Positions 8,390-16,250 of a stretch of DNA of 64,000 nucleotides are shown piece by piece. This stretch comes from Candidatus Parcubacteria bacterium (lineage in GTDB: Bacteria > Patescibacteriota > Minisyncoccia > Sungbacterales > SURF-37), in the NCBI GenBank assembly GCA_003599755.1, contig QZJO01000007.1:41221-105220 (forward strand). The letters run 5' to 3'. Under the pieces are notes generated by a model. That model was not told the DNA's origin. It saw nothing but the letters and a program-made list of their open reading frames with translations, and did not search any database. The position numbers and the translations under genes are program-made. Each line of letters starts with the position of its first letter. Position 1 is the stretch's first letter.

Positions 8390-10849
8390 ATGGCTGATAT
8401 CGGAAAAATTACGCCGCGCGAGATTACCGACGAGATGCGCGAGTCGTACCTCGACTACGCGATGTCGGTGATCGTTGCGCGGGCATTGCCCGACGTCCGG
8501 GACGGCCTCAAGCCCGTGCACCGGCGGATTTTGTACACCATGGATTCCATGGGATTGACCGCGGGCGCAAAATTCCGCAAATCCGCGGCCGTCGTGGGCG
8601 CGTGCCTCGGCCAATACCATCCGCACGGCGACATGGCAGTGTATGACGCGCTCGTACGCCTTGCCCAAGAGTTCGCGTTGCGCTATCCGCTCGTAGACGG
8701 GCAGGGCAACTTCGGATCCGTGGATGGCGATCCGCCCGCGGCCCAGCGCTACACCGAAGTCCGCCTGACCAAAATCGCATCCGAACTGTTGCGCGATATC
8801 GACAAGGAAACCGTCGCCTTTATTCCCAACTATGACGCGACGCGCGAAGAGCCCACGGTACTGCCGGCGGCCATCCCGAACCTGCTTTTGAACGGCGCGC
8901 TCGGCATCGCGGTCGGCATGGCGACCAATATTCCGCCGCATAATTTGAATGAGATCGTGGATGCGCTCGAGCACCTCATCGCGCATCCGAACGCTACGCA
9001 CGACGACCTTATGGAGATCCTCAAGGGCCCGGATTTCCCGACCGGCGGCCTGATTTTTGACGAAAAAAACATCCGCCAGACCTATGCCACGGGCCGCGGC
9101 GCGATTCTCATGCGCGGCGTTGCCGAGATCGCGGAGCGCGAAAAAGCCAAAGGATCGAGCCGCGAAGGAACGCAGATCATCATCACCGAAATTCCGTACC
9201 AGGTGAACAAGGCCGAGCTCATCACGCATATCGCGGAGCTGGTAACCGACAAAAAGCTCGAAGGCATCCGCGACATCCGCGACGAATCGGACAAGGAAGG
9301 ATTGCGCATCGCGATCGACCTCAAAACCGACGCCTATCCGCAAAAGGTACTGAACTTTTTGTACAAATACACCGACCTCGAAAAAAATTTCAACGTGAAC
9401 ATGTTAGCGCTCGTGGACGGCATCCAGCCGCAGGTTTTGTCCTTGAAGCAGATGCTCGAGGAATACCTCAAGCACCGCAAGGACGTGGTCACGCGCCGGA
9501 CGCAGTTCGATCTGGCGCGCACCAAAGAACGCATCCACATTCTTGAAGGACTTTCCAAGGCGCTTGATCATATCGATGCGGTGATCGACACGATCAAAAA
9601 ATCCGCTGACCGCGAAGCGGCGCATGCGAATTTGAAAAAGAAATTCAGTTTTTCCGACATCCAGGCCAACGCCATTCTCGACATGCGCTTGGCGACGCTC
9701 GCGAACCTCGAGCGCCAGAAGATCGACGACGAACTCAAGGAAAAGCAAAAGCTCGCGCGCGAGCTCGAAGCGCTGTTGAAAGATCCGAAAAAGATCTCGG
9801 ACGTCATTGCCAAGGAACTCAACGGCCTCAAAGCCAACTACGGCGACGAGCGGCGGACCAAAGTCATGAAGCACGCGGCGCGCGAGATCGCGACCGAAGA
9901 TATCATCCCCGAAGAAGAAATGATCATCGTGCTCACGCGCGGCGGCTATATCAAGCGTATCCGCCCCGAAGCGTATCGGGTGCAAAAGCGCGGCGGCAAA
10001 GGCATCCAGGGCATCGAAACGAAGGAGGAGGACGTGGTCGAGCATTTCGTGACCGTCAATACGCACGATGATCTTTTGTTTTTCACCTCGTCGGGCAAAG
10101 TATTCCAAACCAAGGCCTACGAGATACCTGAAGGGTCGCGCACCTCCAAGGGTAAAGCCATCGTCAATTTCCTCTCGGTCAAGGCGGACGAGCAGATCAT
10201 GTCGGTCGTGCCGGTGCCCAAACGCACCGCGCCCCGCCCCAGCGGATTTCTCGTACTGGTGACCGAGCGTGGTATGATAAAGAAGGTCACTTCCGACGCG
10301 TTCGCCAATGTGCGCAAAAGCGGCATTGTCGCGATCAATCTCGACAGCGGGGATGCGCTACGCGGCGTTTCACTGACCAGCGGCAAAGATGAGATCCTCC
10401 TGGTAACCGCCGGCGGCCAGGCGATCCGATTCAAGGAAACCGATATCCGGCCTATGGGCCGCGGCGCGCGCGGCGTCAAAGCCATGCGCCTCAGGAAGGA
10501 TGATCTCGTCCGCGGCATGAACGTCATCACTGCGGTCGGCGGCGAAGAACGCGCTGAAATCCTCGTGGTCTTCGATCAGGGATTCACGAAAAAAACGCCG
10601 GTGCGCGAATACAAGCGCCAGAAGCGCGGCGGTTCGGGCATCAAGACCGCAAAGATCACGGCCAAAAACGGCAAAATCGTCAACACGCGCATCATCAAAG
10701 AGGAGATAGAAGTCGTCGCTATTTCGCAAAAAGGCCAAGTCATCCGCACGCCGCTTGCCGACATCCCGACACTGGGCCGCGCGACGCAAGGCGTGCGCAT
10801 CATGCGCCTCAACGAGGGAGATCACATCGCGTCTTTCACGACACTCTAA
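8390..10849 (+). CDS. gyrA: DNA gyrase subunit A
   Basis: [21 protein letters not shown], GyrA-box QKRGGKG. Confidence 0.98.
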   Translation: MADIGKITPREITDEMRESYLDYAMSVIVARALPDVRDGLKPVHRRILYTMDSMGLTAGAKFRKSAAVVGACLGQYHPHGDMAVYDALVRLAQEFALRYPLVDGQGNFGSVDGDPPAAQRYTEVRLTKIASELLRDIDKETVAFIPNYDATREEPTVLPAAIPNLLLNGALGIAVGMATNIPPHNLNEIVDALEHLIAHPNATHDDLMEILKGPDFPTGGLIFDEKNIRQTYATGRGAILMRGVAEIAEREKAKGSSREGTQIIITEIPYQVNKAELITHIAELVTDKKLEGIRDIRDESDKEGLRIAIDLKTDAYPQKVLNFLYKYTDLEKNFNVNMLALVDGIQPQVLSLKQMLEEYLKHRKDVVTRRTQFDLARTKERIHILEGLSKALDHIDAVIDTIKKSADREAAHANLKKKFSFSDIQANAILDMRLATLANLERQKIDDELKEKQKLARELEALLKDPKKISDVIAKELNGLKANYGDERRTKVMKHAAREIATEDIIPEEEMIIVLTRGGYIKRIRPEAYRVQKRGGKGIQGIETKEEDVVEHFVTVNTHDDLLFFTSSGKVFQTKAYEIPEGSRTSKGKAIVNFLSVKADEQIMSVVPVPKRTAPRPSGFLVLVTERGMIKKVTSDAFANVRKSGIVAINLDSGDALRGVSLTSGKDEILLVTAGGQAIRFKETDIRPMGRGARGVKAMRLRKDDLVRGMNVITAVGGEERAEILVVFDQGFTKKTPVREYKRQKRGGSGIKTAKITAKNGKIVNTRIIKEEIEVVAISQKGQVIRTPLADIPTLGRATQGVRIMRLNEGDHIASFTTL

Positions 10850-10855
10850 GCACCC

Positions 10856-11467
10856 ATGCCAGAATCGAGCGAACGGACCACAGCCGCAACCGTTCCGACT
10901 CGCGCCGAGCCGCCTCCGCCTCCCGGCAGCGGCGGATTTTTGCATCCCGATAAAACCATCGCGGCATTCGATCTGCGGCCGGGCATGATCGTGGCCGATT
11001 TCGGCTGCGGCGGCGGGTACTTCTCGATTCCTGCGGCGCGCGCGGTCGGCGAGAACGGCAAAGTATACGCCCTGGATGTCCAAAAAAACGCGCTTGCCGC
11101 GCTCAAGGCGAAAGTCGCGGCTGAGCACCTGCCGCAACTGGAACCGGTGTGGGCGGATCTGGAACGACCTGACGGCTCGCATCTTCCCCAAAGCGCGGTG
11201 GATTTCGTCATCATCGCGAATATTCTGTTCCAAGCCGAGAAACGGGATGCCGTCGTCGCGGAAGCGCGCCGCGTACTCCGCTCCGGCGGGATGCTCGCAA
11301 TCGTGGAATGGGATGATACGCCGTTTCCCGCCGGCCCGCCGATGATTCTGCGCGTCCCGCGGGCCGAAGCGAAGCAGCTTGCCGCGAAAACAGGGTTCGA
11401 ACTCGTCCGGGAATTCGATGCCGGCAGCCATCATTACGGCATGCTCTTTACCAAACCCCGCACCTAA
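10856..11467 (+). CDS. Class I SAM-dependent methyltransferase
   Basis: VADFGCGGG, YALDVQ, RVLRSGG. Confidence 0.9.
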   Translation: MPESSERTTAATVPTRAEPPPPPGSGGFLHPDKTIAAFDLRPGMIVADFGCGGGYFSIPAARAVGENGKVYALDVQKNALAALKAKVAAEHLPQLEPVWADLERPDGSHLPQSAVDFVIIANILFQAEKRDAVVAEARRVLRSGGMLAIVEWDDTPFPAGPPMILRVPRAEAKQLAAKTGFELVREFDAGSHHYGMLFTKPRT

Positions 11468-11474
11468 CCCATGA

Positions 11475-11610
11475 CCCTTCGACGCGACTCAGGGCGAGCA
11501 ACGAATATACCAAGACATATGCGCTATACTTTTCTCTCAACTACTCGTGGTGAGCCTGTGCTTCGACGTGCTCAGCATCTGCATCATGAGCGTAGTCGAA
11601 TGATCGAACC
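11475..11610. repeat. Cluster of short palindromic repeats (CTTCGAC-N-CTCAG / TGAG-N-GTCGAA family)
   Basis: Copy at 11475-11494 and nested copies at 11547-11610; related copies at 37943, 38077, 38160, 38345. Confidence 0.75.
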
Positions 11611-12906
11611 ATGAACAAGTTCCAGCTCGTATTCAGCATCGCGCTCGTCGTCATCATCGCGCTTGCCGTCATATTGTTGCTCCGAGGGTTCGGGGACGAT
11701 GGCACGAAAGCGCCGGAGTTCGAAATTACCGTGTGGGGGACTGACCCCGATGAAACGCGCTGGCGATCGCTGATCAATACCTATACCAAAGAACAGTCGC
11801 CCAACGCGAAAATCGAATACGTACCCAAAGATCCGCGTACGTACGAGGCCGAACTTTTGAACGCGCTCGCTTCCGGCGCGGGCCCGGACGCGTTTTTCTT
11901 GTCCAATACGCTCTTGGCCAAGCACCGCGACAAAGTCCAGCCGCTCCAGGAGCAATCGCTCGGCTATACCAAGCAATCGCTCAAGGCGGCGTTTCCGGAT
12001 GCCGTGGTGGATGCCGTCACGGGCCCCGACAATGAGCTCCTCGGCACGCCGTTGTATTTCGACACGCTCGCGCTCTTTTATAACCGCGATTATCTGAACA
12101 CGGCCAACATTCCGTTGCCGCCCGCGACCTGGGACGAACTCGTCAATCAAAGCCGGGCGCTGACGCGCTATGCCGAGACCGGAGCCATTCGCCGCTCGGG
12201 CGTCGCGATGGGCTCGTCGGGAAATGTCGCGCATGCGCACGAAATCATGGCGCTCTTGATCTATCAAAGCGGCGGCGACATCGTGAATTCCGCCAATCGG
12301 GCGAGCGCCCTCAACAGCCCCGAAACCGAAACCGCGCTCGGCTTTTATACCGCCTTCGTGGACCCGACGAAACGGAGCTTCAGCTGGAATGCGCTGTTCC
12401 CTCCGTCGATCGACGCGTTTTCCACGGGCGATGCCGCGTTCGTTCTGGGCTATGCCGCCGATGCCGAGCGCATCACGGCGCTGAATCCGCAGCTCAACTT
12501 TGACGTCGCGCCCGTGCCCCAGCCGACCGGTGCGAACATACGGATCAACATGGGCCGATTTGATATCATCGCGCTCTCGCGCCTGACCAAGGAAGCGAAC
12601 AATGCCTGGCATTTTCTGCTCTGGCTGCAAGAACGGGACGTACAGAAGCGCTACGCGGACGCGCGCGCCTTGCCGCCCGCGCGGCGCGACCTCATCGCGT
12701 CGCAGCCGCCGCGCGAATACCTTGCCGCGTTTTACGGACAAATCCTCTCGGCGCGCACGCTGCCGGTCGAGGCCGGCGACTCGCTCGCGCGCATCCTCGG
12801 TGATATGATTGATAGTGCGGCAACACGCCAGACGGAACTCGCGCAAGCCGTCCAACGCGCGCACCGGCAGCTTGCCGAAGCGCTCCGGCCGCCGGACAAC
12901 CCATAG
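11611..12906 (+). CDS. Membrane-anchored solute-binding protein, family 1-like
   Basis: N-terminal TM; ITVWG, LASGAGPD, LALFYNRD, PATWDEL. Confidence 0.9.
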   Translation: MNKFQLVFSIALVVIIALAVILLLRGFGDDGTKAPEFEITVWGTDPDETRWRSLINTYTKEQSPNAKIEYVPKDPRTYEAELLNALASGAGPDAFFLSNTLLAKHRDKVQPLQEQSLGYTKQSLKAAFPDAVVDAVTGPDNELLGTPLYFDTLALFYNRDYLNTANIPLPPATWDELVNQSRALTRYAETGAIRRSGVAMGSSGNVAHAHEIMALLIYQSGGDIVNSANRASALNSPETETALGFYTAFVDPTKRSFSWNALFPPSIDAFSTGDAAFVLGYAADAERITALNPQLNFDVAPVPQPTGANIRINMGRFDIIALSRLTKEANNAWHFLLWLQERDVQKRYADARALPPARRDLIASQPPREYLAAFYGQILSARTLPVEAGDSLARILGDMIDSAATRQTELAQAVQRAHRQLAEALRPPDNP

Positions 12907-12915
12907 ATTTCCGCC

Positions 12916-13359
12916 ATGCCCCGTATCTTCCGTATTGCGTTGTTCCTCACCGTGCTTGCGGTCTTTGTTCCCGTTTCGGCCGGCGCCCAAAGCGGCCTCG
13001 TACCCTGCACAATTACCCAGTGCCACATCTGCGATCTTGCGGAACTACTCAAGCGCGTCACGGACTTTTTCATCTTGCGCGTCGCGCTGCCCGGTTCCGC
13101 GCTCTTGTTCGCACTCGGCGGGATCATGCTCTTGATATCGGGCACGTCGGAACAGCGCCGCACGCAGGGCAAAACGATTATTTGGCGCACGGTCATCGGC
13201 ATCGTCATCATTCTGCTTTCATGGACATTCATCGATACGCTCATTAAAGTACTGACTGGAACCACCGCTGCTTCGGGGTCGGATACGTTCTATCCGGGTA
13301 AACTCGGTCCGTGGAACGAATTCAATCTAGAAAAATGCAAAGAAGGTTTCGCACCATGA
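12916..13359 (+). CDS. VirB2/TrbC-like pilin
   Basis: Signal ending AGA, GLVPC...CHICDL, two TM helices around SG-x-EQRRTQGK. Confidence 0.8.
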   Translation: MPRIFRIALFLTVLAVFVPVSAGAQSGLVPCTITQCHICDLAELLKRVTDFFILRVALPGSALLFALGGIMLLISGTSEQRRTQGKTIIWRTVIGIVIILLSWTFIDTLIKVLTGTTAASGSDTFYPGKLGPWNEFNLEKCKEGFAP

Positions 13360-13691
13360 TGGTCCGCACTGCGACACTCCTTACCTCCGTTCTCGCGTTC
13401 GCATCGCCCGTGCATGCGCAGACGGTTACTATTATCAATCCGCTCTGCCCTGGATCGACTTGTACGTTTGACGTTATTTTCGACCGCCTCACCAACTATG
13501 CGCTACTCGTGCTCGGGCCGATCGCCGTTATCATCATTCTTTGGGTCGGCTTTACGTATATGACAAGCGGCGGGAGCCCCGAGCGGATAAAGCAAGCCCA
13601 TCGGGCGCTTCTCTGGGCCATCGTCGGCATTGCCATCGTTCTTTTGGCCAAAGGCATATACGCGATTATCAAGACCGTCCTCGGCCCTTAG
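13356..13691 (+). CDS. VirB2/TrbC-like pilin
   Basis: ATGA overlap with the previous gene; VHA signal site, INPL, GFTYMTSGGSPERIKQAH..LLWAIVG. Confidence 0.85.
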   Translation: MMVRTATLLTSVLAFASPVHAQTVTIINPLCPGSTCTFDVIFDRLTNYALLVLGPIAVIIILWVGFTYMTSGGSPERIKQAHRALLWAIVGIAIVLLAKGIYAIIKTVLGP

Positions 13692-13692
13692 T

Positions 13693-14031
13693 ATGTCATC
13701 ATCAAAGCTCGCCCTTTTCGCGCTCTGCATCGGCATCATCGCCGCGCCGTTTTTCGCTGACGCCGCCATCACCTCCGCGTGCGATATCGTGACGCTCCTG
13801 AACCGCATCAAGGAATGGTTCGGCATCCTGGTCGGCATCATCGCGACGATTGCAATCCTCTACGCCGGCCTGTTGTTCATGACCGCGGCCGGCAGCGATG
13901 AGCAGATCACCAAAGCGAAATCCACGCTGCTCTGGGCATTGGTCGGCATCGCCGTCGCGCTGCTCGCCTCGGGAGTCGTGGCATTCGTGCAAACCATCGT
14001 CGGCGGCACCCTTCCCGCCAATTGCCCGTAA
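13693..14031 (+). CDS. VirB2/TrbC-like pilin
   Basis: YAGLLFMTAAGSDEQITKAKSTLLWALVG. Confidence 0.85.
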   Translation: MSSSKLALFALCIGIIAAPFFADAAITSACDIVTLLNRIKEWFGILVGIIATIAILYAGLLFMTAAGSDEQITKAKSTLLWALVGIAVALLASGVVAFVQTIVGGTLPANCP

Positions 14032-14186
14032 CGCAGCCGACGCACCCATAAGTGAATTGCGCCCTTTGACGAACTTGGCAACTCTTTCTATGCTAGGAAT
14101 ACGGATTTTTGTTCATTCCGCAGGGTAGCCCTGCCTAAAGGTCGGCCCGATAGCGCATAATGTCAGTACTCATCATTCTCTCCACC

Positions 14187-14531
14187 ATGCAAAAAACCGT
14201 TCGCGCTTCACTCTTCGCCCTTGCTCTCCTTGCCGCTCCGTTCATGGCATCGGCCCAGATCGAGGACATCTGTGATGTTCTCACTCTCGTGGAACTCGTC
14301 CTGACCTGGTTCGGGATCCTGGTCTTCATCGTCGCGGTTATCTTCATTCTCTACGCCGGCTTCCTGTTTATTACGAGCGGCGGCAATGAAGAAACGCGGA
14401 AAAAAGCGAGCTCAACACTGCTCTGGGGCCTGATTGGCATCGCCGTCGCACTGCTTGCGACCAATGCCATTCCATTCGTCCAGGCAACCGTTGGCGGGCA
14501 AACATTCGACAACTGCGTCCCCAGCGTCTAA
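14187..14531 (+). CDS. VirB2/TrbC-like pilin
   Basis: YAGFLFITSGGNEETRKKASSTLLWGLIG; paralog of 13693-14031. Confidence 0.85.
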   Translation: MQKTVRASLFALALLAAPFMASAQIEDICDVLTLVELVLTWFGILVFIVAVIFILYAGFLFITSGGNEETRKKASSTLLWGLIGIAVALLATNAIPFVQATVGGQTFDNCVPSV

Positions 14532-14551
14532 CCGCGCCCGGAAACGATACG

Positions 14552-14587
14552 AAAAGCAAAACGGCCCCTAGGGGCCGTTTTGCTTTT
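14552..14587 (+). terminator. Intrinsic terminator after the pilin array
   Basis: aaaagcaaaacggcccc-ta-ggggccgttttgctttt. Confidence 0.85.
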
Positions 14588-14632
14588 TCCGAGCAATATC
14601 GCTATAGTTCAGTGCGCGCCCGTCCCTTCGCT

Positions 14633-14714
14633 GCCGAGGTGGCGGAACTGGCATACGCGCAGGACTTAGAATCCTGTCCCGCAAGGGTTGTGGGTTCGAC
14701 TCCCACCCTCGGCA
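14633..14714 (+). tRNA. tRNA-Leu(TAG)
   Basis: Anticodon arm CAGGA-CT-TAG-AA-TCCTG; long variable arm. Confidence 0.97.
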
Positions 14715-14816
14715 TGGATCGTTTATCGATAGAAGAGTAGCTATCGCGTTGGCCATTCTCACGTTTTGCCCGCGTCACGTATTTTACTCACGAAACGACT
14801 CGCATCCATTGCGACA

Positions 14817-14854
14817 ATGTACTACTATTACGCTATAGCGTAATAGTAGTACAT
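14817..14854. repeat. Perfect 38-bp palindrome overlapping the start codon of the PaaX-like gene
   Basis: atgtactactattacgcta|tagcgtaatagtagtacat. Confidence 0.95.
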
Positions 14855-15416
14855 GCAACGAAAAACGTGGTATTTTATTGGGAAAACTGTTCTTTCGATC
14901 ATCGGCACGGGTGCTCTTGTTTTGAGTGCCGCGGCTGTTCCAAACGCTGCACAGATGCTCGCTCCGTTAGTCGCCAAACGCCGCGGAAAAACGAATAGGC
15001 GTGCGCTTGAGCGTACAATCCATGCGCTGCAACGCCAGCGACTCATTGAATTCGTGCCTCATCACGGAAAAATTGTCATGCGGATTACCGAAGGTGGCAA
15101 GAAAAAATTGCGTGAATTTGACTTCGATACGATGTCGCTCGCGGTGCCGCAACACTGGAATAAACAATGGACCGTAATACTGTTTGATATTCCTGAAGAA
15201 AAGAAGTCTGCGCGGGACGCACTCAGAAGAAAACTACGGGATCTGCAATGCTATGCGCTCCATCGCAGCGTCTTCGTGCATCCAGCGGACGGACGCGATG
15301 AAATTGATTTCGTTATCCAGACATTCGGGATTCAAAACTACGTGATTCATTTTCGAACGCCATCCCTGGGCTATGGCGAGGGCAGGGCTCGCGCTCATTT
15401 CAAATTACTGCCATAG
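14853..15416 (+). CDS. PaaX-like protein (winged-HTH-like plus Cas2-like domain)
   Basis: RITEGG wing motif, WNKQWTVILFDIPEEKK..RDALRRKL..LHRSVFV. Confidence 0.85.
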   Translation: MQRKTWYFIGKTVLSIIGTGALVLSAAAVPNAAQMLAPLVAKRRGKTNRRALERTIHALQRQRLIEFVPHHGKIVMRITEGGKKKLREFDFDTMSLAVPQHWNKQWTVILFDIPEEKKSARDALRRKLRDLQCYALHRSVFVHPADGRDEIDFVIQTFGIQNYVIHFRTPSLGYGEGRARAHFKLLP

Positions 15417-15421
15417 CAGTC

Positions 15422-15457
15422 TGTACTGATATCGCGCTATAGCGCAGCATTAGTACA
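15422..15457. repeat. Degenerate 36-bp palindrome, second copy
   Basis: tgtactgatatcgcgcta|tagcgcagcattagtaca; 28/36 identical to 14818-14853. Confidence 0.9.
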
Positions 15458-15547
15458 AAAACTCCGCCATTCATGCATGTCGCATGATATTGCGCAATCA
15501 TGGCTAGCGATATATTATGCATCAGGCATAAATAAATCAGCCGTAAT

Positions 15548-15819
15548 GCCGATGTAGCTCAGCGGCAGAGCAACTCCATGGTGGGATCGCTCTTGATCTC
15601 CCGCCCCCGCAACGGGAAACTGTTGCGGCGTACCCCGAATAACGGTTCACGGCCCGGCACGGGCATATAGACCGTGGCCCTGCCTCAGGGCCCGAACGAC
15701 TGACAAGGGGGATCCGGTCCAACGCGGATCAATATACAGTCTAGCCCTCTGATGGTGCCCCAGAAACAAGAGGTAGTACGCGAAGGAGTAGGTCGTGGGT
15801 TCAATTCCCACCATCGGCT
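15548..15819 (+). tRNA. tRNA-Thr(GGT), intron-containing (exons 15548-15582 and 15783-15819)
   Basis: Joined exons give a 72-nt cloverleaf: GCCGATG/CATCGGC acceptor, ACTCC-AT-GGT|AA-GGAGT anticodon arm, TTCAATT T-loop. Confidence 0.92.
15583..15782 (+). ncRNA. Group I intron, 200 nt, no ORF
   Basis: 5' exon ends in U, intron ends in G, P1 hairpin allows a U.G pair at the splice site, R/S-like cgaacgactgac and aatatacagtctag. Confidence 0.85.
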
Positions 15820-15850
15820 CGAGCATATATCCGCATAACCCGCCACTCGC

Positions 15851-16012
15851 ATGCCGCAAGCAAATCTGATCAGATTCCAATGCTCCGCCTGCAAGCGCTA
15901 TACCTATTGGTCGCGCAAGAATGTGCGCAAAAGCGAAGGCAAACTTGCGCTGAAAAAGTTCTGCCGCTGGTGCCACAAGCAGACGCAGCACAAGGAAGCG
16001 AAAAAAACCTAA
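15851..16012 (+). CDS. rpmG: 50S ribosomal protein L33
   Basis: MPQANLIRFQCSACKRYTYWSRKN...LALKKFCRWCHKQTQHKE, 53 aa, below the ORF-track cutoff. Confidence 0.95.
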   Translation: MPQANLIRFQCSACKRYTYWSRKNVRKSEGKLALKKFCRWCHKQTQHKEAKKT

Positions 16013-16065
16013 CGAAATCGAACGCGTATGGCGTATTATAATGCGCTAACGCGCTCATCCGTGCT

Positions 16066-16140
16066 GGGGGTGTAAGCTCAACGGCAAACTGTCGCTCTCC
16101 AAAAGCGAACTTCCAGGTTCGAATCCTGGCACCCCCGCCA
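16066..16140 (+). tRNA. tRNA-Trp(CCA)
   Basis: TCGCT-CT-CCA-AA-AGCGA; encoded CCA end. Confidence 0.95.
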
Positions 16141-16250
16141 TCCAATTGGCACGTCGGCTGCAACTATACGATTACCCGGGGCTACCGTGATCTGTCTGAA
16201 TGCCGAACTGAAAAAGCGTCTCCATGCGCTTGCGTCAACACTGGTGCGCC

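Noticed and set aside
7925-9343. Long antisense ORFs (also 11584-13026, 39668-41329, 58847-60463, 62501-63754)
   Set aside because: These are shadow or alternate frames of well-supported genes, expected in high-GC DNA.
14817-15457. CRISPR-Cas locus (Cas2-like gene with 36-bp repeats)
   Set aside because: Only two repeats, separated by a whole gene; no spacer array and no cas1 or effector gene in the window.
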